Source: Atractiella rhizophila (lineage: Eukaryota). From it: a stretch of DNA of 64,000 nt. The notes below the pieces were generated by a model. It searched no databases. It had not been told where the DNA came from and worked only from the letters and a program-made list of their open reading frames with translations. A program made the position numbers and the translations under genes. Shown here piece after piece: positions 11,772 through 25,029 of the stretch (positions are counted from its first letter, which is position 1; every line of letters begins with the position of its first letter). Location of the stretch: NCBI GenBank assembly GCA_021432655.1, contig MU271294.1:10106-74105 (forward strand). The letters run 5' to 3'.

Positions 11772-13761
11772 ATGTCTGATCGCTTCCCCGAGAATATCGA
11801 TATGGTCGAAGCTTACCCATGCGATGATGTGCAGCCAGCTTGCTTTCTCCATCTCTTGTGCTTACCATGGATTCGTGGGGTTTGGTCCGGCATATTTTCT
11901 CTGGGAATGATGGAGAGGGGGATGGCGCAAGTTGGACAACGCGCTGATGCGCCGCAGGCATGATTTGATCTTTCCCCTTCTCTTGTCTCGTTTAACATGA
12001 ATTCGTGGCCTTCAGTCCAGCGTATCTTCTCTGCGAAGGATTGAGAAGGAAACATTGATTTCCCGTGAGGATGATCAGGGAACAGAATCGATTGCACAGT
12101 TTCATCTCATTACCGCAGGAACAGTACGACATGGCAGCCCGCTACATCTGTCCATTCTGCCCTCTTTCCTACCTCGCCTACCTCCATCAATTCACACGCT
12201 CAGGATCACGTTTGTGTTACCTATTCGATTCTGGAAGCGCAAGTATGGGCCGTCGAAATCTTCCTACTTCTCCCTGGCAAGTCTCGAAAATGAAGTCGAA
12301 CCCGACGGTACAGTGATTCTTTGCGTCGCGTTGGAGGAGGAAAGTATTGCGGTGACTTTTGGGGATCTTGTATCCGTGGATATGGATGACCTGGACGAGC
12401 CGCCCTTCACATGCACGTTTCACCTTCCAGATAATCGCTCTGAGGTCCTCTTTGAACCCGTTGCCCTATACTCCAAGGAGCAACACCGTTTCATTCCTCT
12501 CAGCGAATGGGAGAAATCAACCATCCCATCCACCGGTCTGGGGACAACCATCCAACTCTCGCTCTCCACAACTCGACCTACAGGTATTAGTCCATGCAGT
12601 ATCATGCACCTTCCTCCTGAGATCCTCTCACTCATCTTCGAGTTTCTTTCATTCCATCATTATGAGGAGGTCATACAAAGTCCTGCATATGCATATCTCG
12701 TTGACTTCGAGCGACTTTCTGCCGTCTGTCAGCTTTGGAAGGCTGTTTCAGTCCCATTTTTGAAAGATTTTGATCTTTCTATAAAGGAGAGGCTTGCTCG
12801 CTTGAAACAATATCCTCATGCCGGACGGTTGTGGAGGTTCCTCAAATTTACAGAGCTTGACGAAGACATCAGCGGTGAGATGGTGAAAGACGTCATCGCA
12901 GGCTCGCCGAATGTTACGAAGGTGTACTTGGATGCAATTTGGAATGAAGAGGAGGCGAAGATTGTGTTGCATGCGATTGAAAGCTTGACGACGTTGGATG
13001 ACGTAATGTTTGGAGGGCAAGGTTGGAGAAAGTGGAAGAAGGATGAGGTCGAGAATTTTGTGCGGAGGATGGGTGGCAGGATCAAAATCTTCGGTGCTTG
13101 TAACGTGGTGGACTCTGCCTCGTCGACGTCACCAGGGCTTCAATTATCGACTGACCTCAAAGAACTAGAGCTTCGCACATACCTGCCTCTCCCATTGCTC
13201 TCTCTCCCACTCACCCTCACATGGCTGAATCTCTACAATCTGTGTCCCCTCCCTCCCTCCATCTCAGGCTCCTGTCTGCCGCCTCTCCTCGAATATCTCA
13301 AGATCAAGCTCGCCCCCTACTTGCTCGCTGGAAAGACCTCCACCCTCCCTACTCCGCTCGACTTTTCACACCTCAAACATCTCACATGGCTCGAGCTCGA
13401 CGGTGGTGAGGAAACTTCAAACCTCGTTTCCCCCCAGTTCTTCCATACCCTCAGAAATGCAAAAGCAATAGCAACCATAGATGTTAGATACTGTGTGGTG
13501 GACTGGGCATTCACAGGGTTCGTATTCTCAGCCTTCATCTGCTGGTTCTTTGGGGACAGGGGGTTGAAGGAGGAGGGGGATACGGTGGATGGTGCTGAAA
13601 AGGTGAAGACGACGAGAAGACGCAACTTGCGCGTTCAGCTATTCTTTGGAGGGTGGCTTGAGGAAGCGATACGTACAGCCAGAAGCACGCTGAGAGAGGT
13701 TGGGGTTATCGAGGAGGATTGCGAGATATGGATTCGGGAGGGTGGAGAGGAGTGGCGCTGA
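11772..13761 (+). CDS. F-box/LRR-like protein, copy 1 (exon 1 11772-11957, alternative ATG 11922; GC-AG intron 11958-12015)
   Basis: F-box HLPPEILSLIFEFL...RLSAVCQLWKAV at ~12601, followed by LxxLxL repeats (LKELEL, LTWLNL, LEYLKI, LTWLEL). 568-codon open frame. Confidence 0.85.
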
Positions 13762-15089
13762 AGATCCTCATATTTCCCACTTGTGTTCTAGAGAAGACAC
13801 GAGAGAAAGGTGCTCAGTTCAGTTCCCTCTACATCTAATGCAACATTGAAAATGGGTGACTAGGATCAGGGGTGGAATTCATTCGGGACAATGCCATCCG
13901 TCCATCCCTCCCCGCTATTCAATGTACCGTACCTTCCAAAGCTCGCCTCCCTTGTACTCGACACCTCCCACTCAGCGGTTGCGTGGAATCTTCAAGCCCA
14001 TTCACACGCGGTCTTTCCACACACAACGTTAGAATACCATTAAGCTAAAAATCGTACCTACCCTACTGCCTGGAGTGGTTCAGTTCCGCAACATTCGTCC
14101 GTTGGCTCTGCGGGATCGTGGGATGGACTCACGAGGATGAGGAGTTGAAAATGGATGTTCAAGTTTATTTTACCCTTAACGAATGCCTGAGGAGCTGGGT
14201 TTGCGAGACAAGAGAGAGTGTGCAGTGTGAATGCTGGCAGAAATCACTGTGTGTTCTGGAGCTCAGCGGCTCGTAGGATTAGTGGGTGGTCGACTCAAAA
14301 AAGATAGAATATGAAGGTACGTCTCTTGAATCACGTTCTGTCGCTGGCATGCTGTGGCGTATATGGAAAGAAGAGTTTGAGAACTCTACACATGCAAGGA
14401 GTTTTGTATGAACGTAACGTATACTTAGCCCACGAATGGATTCTTTTCATCAAATGCCTTAAAGATTACGGAAAATGGAATTTATGGTGTCCTGATACTT
14501 GGTATCCTTCCCATCGCACTATCTGAACGGGCACAATATGTCGGATGCTGTAGACGCGACAACTGGTGAAAGCCCTTTATCCTCCATCATCTCTTCACTC
14601 CGTTAATCTAGCTTCCTCCATTTTGGTTTGCTTTCCTTCACCTCTAAGGCATACGATGCGAGAACTTCCCCTCCTTGTTAGCTCATGCCTCACCCTGAAT
14701 AGAGCATGTGCACGGCTAAAAATTCTCTCGCTCCTCCCGATTCTTATACACCGGTACTGACAGCTGTAGGTAAGTATTTCCTTTGAACCTAATGGAGAGT
14801 TGTCAAACGAGCACGGGTGTAGGATCTTGTATACCATTCCTCTCCCATGCCATTCCTCTCCTCATCCTCGCTACAAAGTGCGGCTAGCTGCACCGGCATC
14901 AAAGTGAAATACCAAGATATCCCAACAAACTTCCCATTCCTTGTCAGAGGTATGTGTTCCATCTTGTACTTGGTACCGGTCTTCTCAGGAATTCTGATAT
15001 TGTCTTCTCCAATGTGTAATGCTGAAGCTCACGCCAATATTTTTATTTTAAGGATAAAGGAGCAGGTAGGAGGGAGGTAGACGAAACGA

Positions 15090-15736
15090 AGATGGTGACG
15101 CTCAACCGAGCTTCCCTCCCATGCCTGCCACACTTTGAATGGCCACGAAGAGCGGCTCGATCAACACTTGTCTTCTGAGGAGACGGACGTCCTGTTATTA
15201 CGGCAGCAGTCGATATCGTCATACCAGATTTTCCATGAAGGTTGAGTTTCACGTCAGGAAGTTTGTTGGCACTCTGATAACAGAAAGGATAAGTCAGCAA
15301 TAGGAGGGAGGAGAGGGAGAGGCGGAGGACTTACACAGAGCTCAATCCAGCGTAGTCAGTGGGTACCACAAAGAGGAGAGAGGAGGGAGAGGAGAACTCA
15401 TGAAATGAGGATACCGGCGAACTGGACGGACGGCCACAGCTCGGACTTTCCCACCTTGCAGTCGTAACGCGTCCTATAGATCTCTCCAGGCTCATGGGCG
15501 ACGCGATATCCCTTCTTATGATGCGAGATTTTGGGTCCGAGTGCGTGCCTTGGTTTGGCCAAGCGAATTAGAGGTGGAAGAGGAGAAGGAGAAGTACCAG
15601 CGACGACTAAGCCAGCAGTTTCATGACCCAAGGCGATAGGATCTTTGACCTTGACATCTGCGGTCTTCCCATTAGCGGAAGTCGGCTCAAAGGCGCCCTT
15701 GCGTGAATCCTGCTTCCATCCGTTGATTAGTTGCAA
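15090..15736 (-). pseudogene. Zn-dependent sorbitol/xylitol dehydrogenase (MDR family) pseudogene, 5' fragment A
   Basis: VKDPIALGHETAG, KKGYRVAHEPGE..R..YDCKVGKSELWP (degenerate structural-Zn loop) and LIEPLFVAIQS. Cys ligands are lost and frames are broken. Confidence 0.75.
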
Positions 15737-18140
15737 GGGTGGACATCGGAAGGAAAGGAAGACAGGCTACTGGTGCGTCTTCCGCGTTGGGAACTCGGCG
15801 CGTCCCGAATTTGATCTGTGAAGCGAAAGGCTTTTCGGTTAGTCATCCAAAACTAACCCTGCCACTTGGCTGGCAGTCTTTCATCTCCTCCGCCTCCGCA
15901 AGCAGCCACTAGTACGCCGTCGCTGAACGTCCTCCATCGTCTCTCGATCTCCGAGTCCGCCACCCTCCCCTCTTTCTGCCTCTGAGCCACCCGTTTCTTT
16001 CATGCAGTCCCACGCCTCACATCCTCACCTCTTTGCGTCTCGCTGGTCTCCTTCACTGTTGCTGGTTCTGGCGTCACTCTCCTGTCCCAGCCTCCTTCGT
16101 CATACCCTCCGGCTCCTCTCTCCTCCAGTCCACTTTCACATCAGCTATCCTCCAAAGTCCTCTTGTGCTGATGGACCCTTCCTAGACTACGGGTGATGGA
16201 GTCGGTACGAACCGAAATACTTCGACAGCTGGTGACAGAGCAGGCATTATAGGGTAGGGAGGCGCAGGGAGGAGAGACGGTAGCGTGGTGCGCGCAAGTG
16301 ATGAATGGACATGTACAATCAGTGCGAAGAAGGGAGGGAATAAGATGCATTACCAAAAGAATGTTGCATAATGAAAGGCGAAGTGTGACGGAGATGGAGG
16401 GGCAGAGTGGTATGAGAGAAGAGGTAACAGTCTCGTCTCCTTGCATTGCGTTTCCTGACATAAGTATTAGGTTCCTCCCCCCGTCACTCTGTCCACAGTC
16501 GTCCTCAACCCTCTGCAACCGCGTCCCGCCTCAGCACTGCTCCACCCTCCGGGCGTTCTGCCTTACCTTTAGCTACCGGGGCTACGAAGGAAGAAGGCAG
16601 TTAGAGGGAAGCAGTAAGCGCCGCGCTGCACCATTCTCGATGCCTCCATCCGACCTATCCCACTTTCCCATAACCCTTGCCACACCTCTTGCCTCTCTCG
16701 CTCCGTCATTCCTCTCTCCCTACATACCCGCCAACACCCATCATCCTCCGCTCCTCCAGCAATGTTTCTGTCCTCCGTAATGAAAGCCGGGCCGAGTTGG
16801 AGGCCGCATCGCGAAAGTAGAGGACGTAGCTGACACAGCTGGTCGAGATTGAGCTTGGACATAGGAGAGGCATGATATGCTTTGTCTCACCCACGGTTGC
16901 CCTGTCGCTTCGCCTCGCTCTCTACCATCCCCACCCCCGCTTCAGCCGTCCCTCGGCTCTGAGCAACTTGCTTCACCGTAGACACGCAAGTCAACCGCGA
17001 GGCGTTGTAGAGGGGCCGTGATGGCGAAGGAGGTGGACTGTGGCTCAGATGGAGTCAGGAAGGAGGTCAGAAAAGAATTCTCTGCCAACCCATTCGCCCA
17101 CCCTTCGTGCTGCCGTCTTTCGCCGCCTCGCCTATTCTCCTGCCCTCCACTATCGCCTATTCACCCTCCACCAATTCCTTCCACCTTCTCTCGCAAAATG
17201 GTCATCTAAAATCAACCCAAAGTAAGAGAGGCACTTCAAATGGTGAAAATGGTGGACAAAGGGGACGAATTTAGTTGGCGAGCGCAGAAGGACGTGAGAA
17301 GCACCGTCCTGGCGTCTCTACTACTCCTTTTCGACCTCTGCCATCTCTTTTTGCCGCACTTACTCTCTACCCCGAGGTTCACGTTCTGCCAACCCCTCCG
17401 CCTTTCTCGCACGGTAGCCTCGTTGGGACTTCTCTTTCTCCTGGCAGTGTATTCCTTTTCTCCATCTCTTTCCTTGCTCAAGTGTCCGGACTGACATGCG
17501 CACCAGAGTCCATTACTCCGTTTTCTGCTAGTCTCACTCCACATCCTCTCGCACGGCACCACCCCTCACGCGCCCGGAAGTCGGACGTCGAAAGTGGACT
17601 TGAGGTTGGATGTCGGGTAGCAGGGAGGATATGTGACAAGAGGATGTCGGAGGGACGCGCGGCGCTTTCTTCGCACCTTTGTTCGGACTCCCTCGCCATC
17701 TCTCACCCTGCTATGCCTCTCCCGTGTTCCATGCCGCTTCTCTCTCCCACCTCATCCTGCGACTTCCATCCCGGCTCGCACTCCATGGATTACCTTCCAC
17801 TGGCGGTTGCTTCGTGACATCAAGGTCAACCATGAAATACCTGATGAAGAAAGAGGAGGGTGTTGAGGACGGTGTTGGATCATGGGCCACAAGAGGATGT
17901 TAGGTCGGCCCCCCTCTCATGCTCCTAAGCCTCTGCCCTCTGTCCCTATTGTCTCCCGCTGCTGACTCGAACATCACTTATATTCTCGCTGAGATGCAAG
18001 TGACTTCCGCTCCCGTATGCCATCCTGATTGCTAACTGCCCTCCGTACCTCTCCCAGCCCTATCTAGCCTTTCCTCGTACAATCAGATCATTACCGACGA
18101 AGCATCCATCAGAGCATTCTGCTCTGGCTCTCATTTGAAA

Positions 18141-18180
18141 TGCAGTGTGATTTAGGTACCGGTATTGCAAAGGATTTCAG
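18141..18180 (+). promoter_or_regulatory. Conserved AT-rich block (GTGTAATTTAGGTACTAGTATTGCAAAGGA consensus) ~220-260 nt upstream of the array ATGs; candidate core promoter
   Basis: Recurs at ~18141, 25043, 26288, 35055, 41686, 49326 and 50561, ahead of every unit except the divergent copy 1. Function is inferred from position only. Confidence 0.3.
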
Positions 18181-18361
18181 TTCTTTACATATTTTCGACT
18201 TCCTGTGGCACTATCTGGTAGTCCAGTGCTTGAGAACTAAACCCTTCACCGTCCGGACACCCACTGCCACCCAACACTATTCTGATGTATCCTAATCGCA
18301 ACGGTCGCCTAATCCACTGACTCCCACGAACAGTTTTGCGATCTCCATCCTCACGATCGTG

Positions 18362-20219
18362 ATGTCTGATCATTGCGCGGAGAACGTCGAGATGGTTGGA
18401 CAACGCGCGGATGCACTGCAGGCATGATATGATCTTTCCCCTTCTCTTGTCTCATCTGACATGGATTCGTGCGCTTCAGTCCCGTGCATCTCGGGGAAAC
18501 GTTGAGAAGGAACCATTGATTTCACCAAAGGATGATCAGGGAACAGAGTCTATCGCACTGGTCCATCTCATCACCCCCGTAACATTACGACATGGCACTC
18601 TGATCCACCTCTCCATTCTTCCCTCTTTCATTTCTCAGCTACCCCCATCAATTCACACACTCCGGTTCATATTTGTCTTACCCATTCGATTCTGGAGCAT
18701 CGCATTGTCAAAATTGTTCTCCTTCTCTCTGGAAGATTTCGAAAATGAAGTTGAACCCGAAGGTGCAGTGATTCTTTGCGTCGCGTTGGAGGAGGAAAGT
18801 ATTGCAGTGACTTTTGGGGATGCCAAATATCTTGCATCCGTGGATATGGATGACCTGGACGTGCAGCCCTTCACATGCACATTTCACCTCCCAGATAATC
18901 GCTCTGAGGCCATCTTCGACCCCGTCACCCTATTCTCCGTGGAGCAATACCGTTTCATTCCTCTCAGCGAATGGGAGGAATCAACCATTCCATCCACCGG
19001 TCTGGGGACAACCATCCAACTCTCATGCTCTCCGACTCGAACTACACGTATTAGTTTATGCAGCATCACACACCTTCCTCCTGAGATCCTCTCACTCATC
19101 TTCGCGTTTCTTTCATTCTATAAAACTGAAAGGCTTAGAGAAGATACTGACGATGATCTTGTTGACTTCAAGCGACTTTCTGCCGTCTGTGAGCTTTGGA
19201 AGGCTGCTTCAGTCCCATATTTCAGGGACCCTATTTCTGTGTTGAAGAAGCATGCTCGTTTGACAGCTTATCCTAATGCCGGGCATTTGTGGACATCCCT
19301 CTGGTTTGAAGACTTTGTCGGTGTCATCAACGCCGAGATGGCGAAAGACGTCGTCGCTGGCTCGCCGAATGTCACGAATGTGTACTTGGACGCAATTTGG
19401 AATGAAGAGGAGGCGGCGATTGTGTTGCATGCGATTGAAGGCTTAACGAAGTTGGATTGCATAACATTTAATGGGCGAAGTTCGAGAAAATGGAAGAAGG
19501 ATGTGGTCGAGAATTTTACGCGGAGGATGGGTGACAGGATCAGAGCCTTCGGTGCCCGTAACGTGGAGGACTCTGCCTCGTCGCCATCACTAGGCCTTCA
19601 ATTATCATCTAACCTCAACTCCCTAGAGCTTCACACATACCCGCCTGTCCCAACGCTGTCTCTCCCACACACCCTCATACGGTTGCATCTCTCCAATCTG
19701 TGTCCCCTCCCTCCCTCCGTCTCAGGCTCCTGTCTGCCGCCTCTTCTAGAATTTCTCAAGATCAAGCTTGTCCCCTACTCGCTGGATGGAAAGACCTCCA
19801 TCCTACCCAGTCCACTCGACCTATCAGACCTCAAACATCTCAGCTACCTTGAACTGGACGGTGGTGAGGAAACTTCAAACCTTGTTTCCCCCCAGCTCTT
19901 CCAAACCCTCAGAAATGCAAAAGCGATAAAGTACATAGGTGTTCGGTACTGTGTGGTGGACTGGGGATTCACAGGGTTCGTATTCTCAGATTTCATCTGC
20001 TGGTTCTTTGGGGACAGGGGGGTGAAGGAGGAGGCGGATACGGAGGATGGAGCTGAAAAGGTGAAGACGACAAGAGGACGCCGGTTGGAGGTTCAGCTAT
20101 TCTTTGGAGGGTGGCTTGAGGAAGCGATACGTGCAGCTAGAAGCACGTTGAGAGAGTTTGGGGTTATCGAGGGGGATCACACGATATGGATTCGGGAGGG
20201 TGGAGAGGAGCGGCGCTGA
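18362..20219 (+). CDS. F-box/LRR-like protein, copy 2 (exon 1 18362-18421; GC-AG intron 18422-18479)
   Basis: Same architecture: HLPPEILSLIFAFL...RLSAVCELWKAA plus LRR-like repeats. Intact frame. Confidence 0.85.
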
Positions 20220-20325
20220 AGATCCTCATATTTCCCACTTGTGTTCTAAAGGAGACATTCAGAGGAAGGTGCGATGTTCATAACACTCCAGGCTCTAACG
20301 CAGCATTGACAAGGACAGGCAGGAG

Positions 20326-20661
20326 TTGATAGCGGAGCCAGGCTGTGGCGTTCACGCCGCACAGCCCACGTTAGGGACGATTCCCTTATCCGTTCAACTT
20401 GACAAACACTCAACAAAGCCAGCGTCCCTTGTCCTGACCGATTGTGATGAATCTTCGGGCCTAATTCGTACCAGTCTTCTGTGCACACTGTTGACATCCG
20501 ATGCGATTAAAGGCATAGCTATGTCGTACTGCGTGGAGGGAGTCGGTTGCCCAATGTTTATCTGCTGGTTCTTGGGGATCAGGAAACGAGGGATACGGCG
20601 CCTTGACGGCAATGGATGGGACGGAGTAGAGTTGCTGGTCGATGATTATTTCAGTCCTTGA
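20326..20661 (+). pseudogene. Relic duplicate of the F-box/LRR C-terminal region (best-preserved example)
   Basis: SLVLTDCDESSGLIRTSLLCTLLTSDAIKGIAMSYCV...FICWFLG aligns with YLELDGGEETSNLVSPQLFQTLRNAKAIKYIGVRYCV...FICWFFG of the upstream gene. Confidence 0.65.
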
Positions 20662-21149
20662 GAAAGCTTTAGCGCATGAAGAGATGGGGCTTGTGAGGAG
20701 GACGCTCTCTAAGTGTATTATGGTTGTCTTCTCTCATGCAAACAACTTCTGCCGATTCCCCGTAAAAGCGCCAAAGACATTAAGTCTGTCAAACAGTGCC
20801 ACAATGGAAGGATGCTGATTCACCCTTTGAGTCTTGCTTGAGTTGTTCTTACGGTTGATGATGACTCATGCATTGAAGGATGGATAACTTAAGAGAAGAG
20901 AAGGCTGTAGTCGAAGATCGAAGATGTGATATAACAATGGTACCATTCTTTGGACCTTTGTGGTAGCACAAATCCATATTTTTGCTCCTTCATTTCCGTA
21001 ATGGTTCTGAGAGTTGCATGCACGTAGGTGCAAGGTTCAATCATTGTCGTAATCCATCGATGACACTTGTTATCGCGTCCCCCCACATCCTGTCCCTTCG
21101 TGTCCTATAGCGAACCATCATCACCGGATTTTCAACTTTGTGACATCGA

Positions 21150-22640
21150 GGCGGAAGAGAACACGGGAGATGAGCCTGCATTGTCTTAAAGGCGTGAGTT
21201 GCATCTTTGAACTTGTAGCACTGTATGATGAGCGACTTCAAGTCGATAAGGACCTAGCAACCGGATCAATCACTGGCTCAACTCTCTTGGCCCTTATCTA
21301 TCACGCAAATCAATCACCAACCCGGAAGCTTTGGAAATGCGTACAGGCAGTAGAAGGAGAAGCAACAGAAGGAGCCTAAGGAGCCTTCCTTCATGAGGAT
21401 GACGGTGATGGGAGCTTGGACGAACTCGTACCCATTCCGACCCGGGCCACGTTCTGCCTTCCTCTACAAGATAGAGGGCGGTCTGGATGCACGCCTGTTC
21501 TCATTCGTGCATCGATACACCAATATCCAAAAGTACAGAACGGGAGTGACGGAGAAACGGACCTCAGCTCCATATAGTATGCGGCCAGGTCGATGCCATC
21601 CAGCCCTGTCTGCAACCTTTACCTCCTCCTTCATGCTCTCCGCGACCCTCCCCGAATACGCGATCCTGTACTTACTCTCCCTCCTCCGCTAAACCACGAC
21701 CGCAAACACGCCACACGCAAAAAAGAAACGTAGGACAAAACGCGCATAACAGAGGTGAGAATTGAACGCACGTTGCGGAGGAACAAACTCCTCCGATCCC
21801 ACATACTCTTCGCGAAAGCCAGCTTACGCTCTTGGATGTCGACGGTGATTGTCTTTCGAGCGTCTCGCGACTGACCGTGCGAGAAGTCCAACGGGACCAG
21901 CGCTTCACAACAACGTTATCATTTGTTATTCACAAGACAGAGGAGCAGTAGGGGAGGGGGAGGAAACGAATCCACGGATCGCTCCGTTCAACCATGCCTT
22001 CATCCCCCATACGTGCCAGGCTCTGGACATCCACAGAAAGTGGTTCCGATCATCTTTCCTTCGTCTACGAAACATTCTATCCAGTCAATTTCGTTATAGA
22101 AGACATTTTATGGGGTAGAGGGAATGAAATGCACATTTTGAAGTTTGCAGGCACTCCAGCATAGACATGATAAGTGAGCGATCAAAGAGAGCAGTAGACG
22201 AGAGGGAGCGGTCGTACACGTCGCCTTGGAGATTGTAGAACCCTTCGAGAGTTCCGTCCTGTCATCCAGTGATGTTAGGACCCAAACATGTACCACAGAA
22301 GGAAGAGGAAAACTCACGACAGGAGGAGTAGCAGCGAACTTGATGGAAGGCATTGCTCTTGCCTTCCCGCTTCGCAGTCGTAAGACGTCCTAAAAGTCAC
22401 TGTCAGGGCTAAAGTGCGACGCGATCTCCCTTCTTGAGGTGTGTGACTTTGGGCCAACTATGTTCATTCCGCAAGTGGAGAGACGAGAGGGGAGAGATGG
22501 AGACGTACCAGCAACGTCTGTGCCAGCAGTTTCGTGACCCAAGAGATGGGGTCTTTGACCAGGACATCTGCGGTCTTCCCATTAGCGGAAGTGGGAACCA
22601 CAGACGCCCTTGCGTGGATCCTGCATTCATCCTTTAATTA
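21150..22640 (-). pseudogene. Sorbitol/xylitol dehydrogenase pseudogene B (near full length)
   Basis: Fragments KVTHLKKGDRVAL-stop, SIKFAATPP, VDIQERKLAFAK, ARVGMG and KSLIIQCYKFKDATHAFKT, with multiple stops and frameshifts. Confidence 0.8.
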
Positions 22641-25029
22641 GTTGCAAGTTGGACATCCGAAGAAAGGAAGACAGGCTACTGGTGCGTCTTGCGCGTTGGG
22701 AACTCGGCGCGTCCCGAATTTGATCTGTGAAAGCGAAAGGGTTTTCGGTTAGTCATCCAAAACTAACCCTGCCACTTGGCTGCAGTCTTTCATCTCCTCC
22801 GCCTCCGCAAGAGGTCACTAGTACGCCGTCTCCGAACGTCCTCCATCGTCTCTCGATCTCCGAGTCCGCCGCCCTTCCCTCCTTCTCGCTCTGAGCTAGC
22901 CGTTTCTTTCATGCATCCCCAGGCCTCACCTCGCTTGCGTCTCGCTGGTCTCCTTCACTGTTGATAGTGCTGGTGTCCCGCTCCTGTCCCAGCCTCCTTC
23001 GTCATCCCCTCCAGCTTCTCTTTCTTCCGCAGTACTCTTTCATCGCAGCTATCCCCCACCGTCCTCTTTTGCTGATGGAACCTTCCTAAGACCACGGGTG
23101 ATAGAGTCGGTACGAACCGAAGTACTTCGACAGCTGGTGACAGAGCAGGCATTATAGGGTAGGGAGGCGCAGGGAGGAGAGACGGTAGCGTGGTGTGCGC
23201 AAGTGATGAATGGACATGTACAATCAGTGCGAAGAAAGGAGGGAATAAGATGCATTGCCAACAGAATGTTGCATAATGGAAGGCGAAGTGTGACAGAGAT
23301 GGAGGGCAGAGAAGTATGAGAGAAGAGGTACCGTCCCGTTCCCTCTCCCTCTTTTGCATTTGCGTTTACTGACATAGGTATCAGGTTCCTCCCCAGTCAC
23401 CCAGTCCACCATCGTCCTCTCCCCCCTGCAACCCCGTCCCGCCTCAGCACTGCTCGACCTCCCAGCGTCCTGACTTACCTTCACTGCCGAGGCTACAAAG
23501 CGAGAGGGCAGTTAGAGGAAGCAGGAAGCGCCGTCCGGCACCAGTCTCAATACCTCCATCGGACCTATCCCACTTTCCCTAACCCTTGCCACGACACCCG
23601 CCTCTCTCGCTCAATCATCCCTCTCTCCCCACACCTCCGCCCCGCCCGACATCCATCATCCTTCGCTCCTCCAGCAACCTTTCTGTCCTCCAAAATGAAC
23701 GCCAGGCCGAGTTGGACGTCGGATCGCCAAAAGCAGAGGAAGGAGTCACACAGCGGGTCGGGGATGAGCATGGCCATCGGAGAGGCATGATATGCTTTCT
23801 CTCACCCACAGTTGCCCTGTCACTTCGCCTCGCTCTCTACCATCCCCAAGCCCGCTTCAGTCGTCCCTCCACTGTGAGCAACTTGCTTCACCGTGGACAT
23901 CGCAAGTCAACCGCGAAGCGTAGTTGGGACGCGTGATGGCGAAGGAGGTCGACTGTGGTTCAGATGGGGTGGGAAAGGAGGTCAAAAAAAAGTGCTTGCC
24001 AACCCGTTCGCCCATCCCACTCCAGCCACCGTCTTTCGCCGCCTCGCCCTTCTCTTGCCCTCCACTATTGCCTATTCCCCTCCACCAATCCCTTCCACCT
24101 TCTCTCGCAAAATAGGCATCTAAAATCAACCCAAATGCTGAAAATGGTGGACAGAGGGGACGAATAAGGTCGGTGATCGCAAAAGGACATGAGAAGGACC
24201 GTTCCGGCGTCTCTTCTACTCCTTTTCGACCTCTGCCATCTCTCTTTGCCGCACTTAGCCTCTGCGCCAAGGTTCGCCTTTCATTTCGCATTCCCCCAAC
24301 CCCTCCGCCTTTTTTCGCATGCTAGCCTAGTTAGGACTTTTCTTTCTGCAGGCAATGTATTCCCTTTCTCCCTCTCTTTCCTTGCCGCGAGTGTCCTAAC
24401 TGACATGCGCACTTGGCCCATTGCTCCGTTTTCTGCTAGTCTCACTCCACCTCCTCTCGCATTCCACTGCCCCTCACGGGCTGCATCAAGCCATGAGCGC
24501 TCGGAAGTCAGACGTCGAACGTGGACTTGAGGTTGAATGTCGAATAGCAGGGAGGGCAGATGTGACAAGGGGATGTCAGATGGCCGCGTCGCACTTTCTT
24601 CACACTTCTGTTCGGACTCCGTCGCCATCTCGCCATCCTATACCTGTCCTGTGTTCCATGACGCCGTCCTATTCTCTTCTCGACCTCATCCTGCCTCACA
24701 CTGCGTTGATCACCTTCGACCGACGCTTGCTTCGTTACATCGGGGTCAACAATGAAAATGTCGATGGAGAAAAAGTAGGCAATGGGGGCAGTGTTTGAAC
24801 AGGGACCACAAGAGGACATCTAGGCCGGTCCCTTTCGAGCTGCTAAGCGTTCGCGCACCATCATCTGGTCTCCCGCTACTGACTCAAGTGTCATCTATGT
24901 TCTCGCAAGTAGCTTCCTCTCATTCTGATTGCAAACTGACCTCCCTAACTGCCCTAGCCTACCTAGCCTTCCGTGTCACAATCGGATCATTACGGAACGA
25001 AGCATCAATGTCAAACCGCTGTGCTCTAG

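Noticed and set aside
15740..18140. Many 60-200 aa ORFs in the CT-rich spacer and its copies (22.7-26.3, 32.7-35.0, 39.6-41.7, 46.8-50.5 kb)
   Set aside because: Frames are not conserved between copies, composition is low-complexity and no motif is recognisable. Treated as non-coding or unrecognisably decayed.
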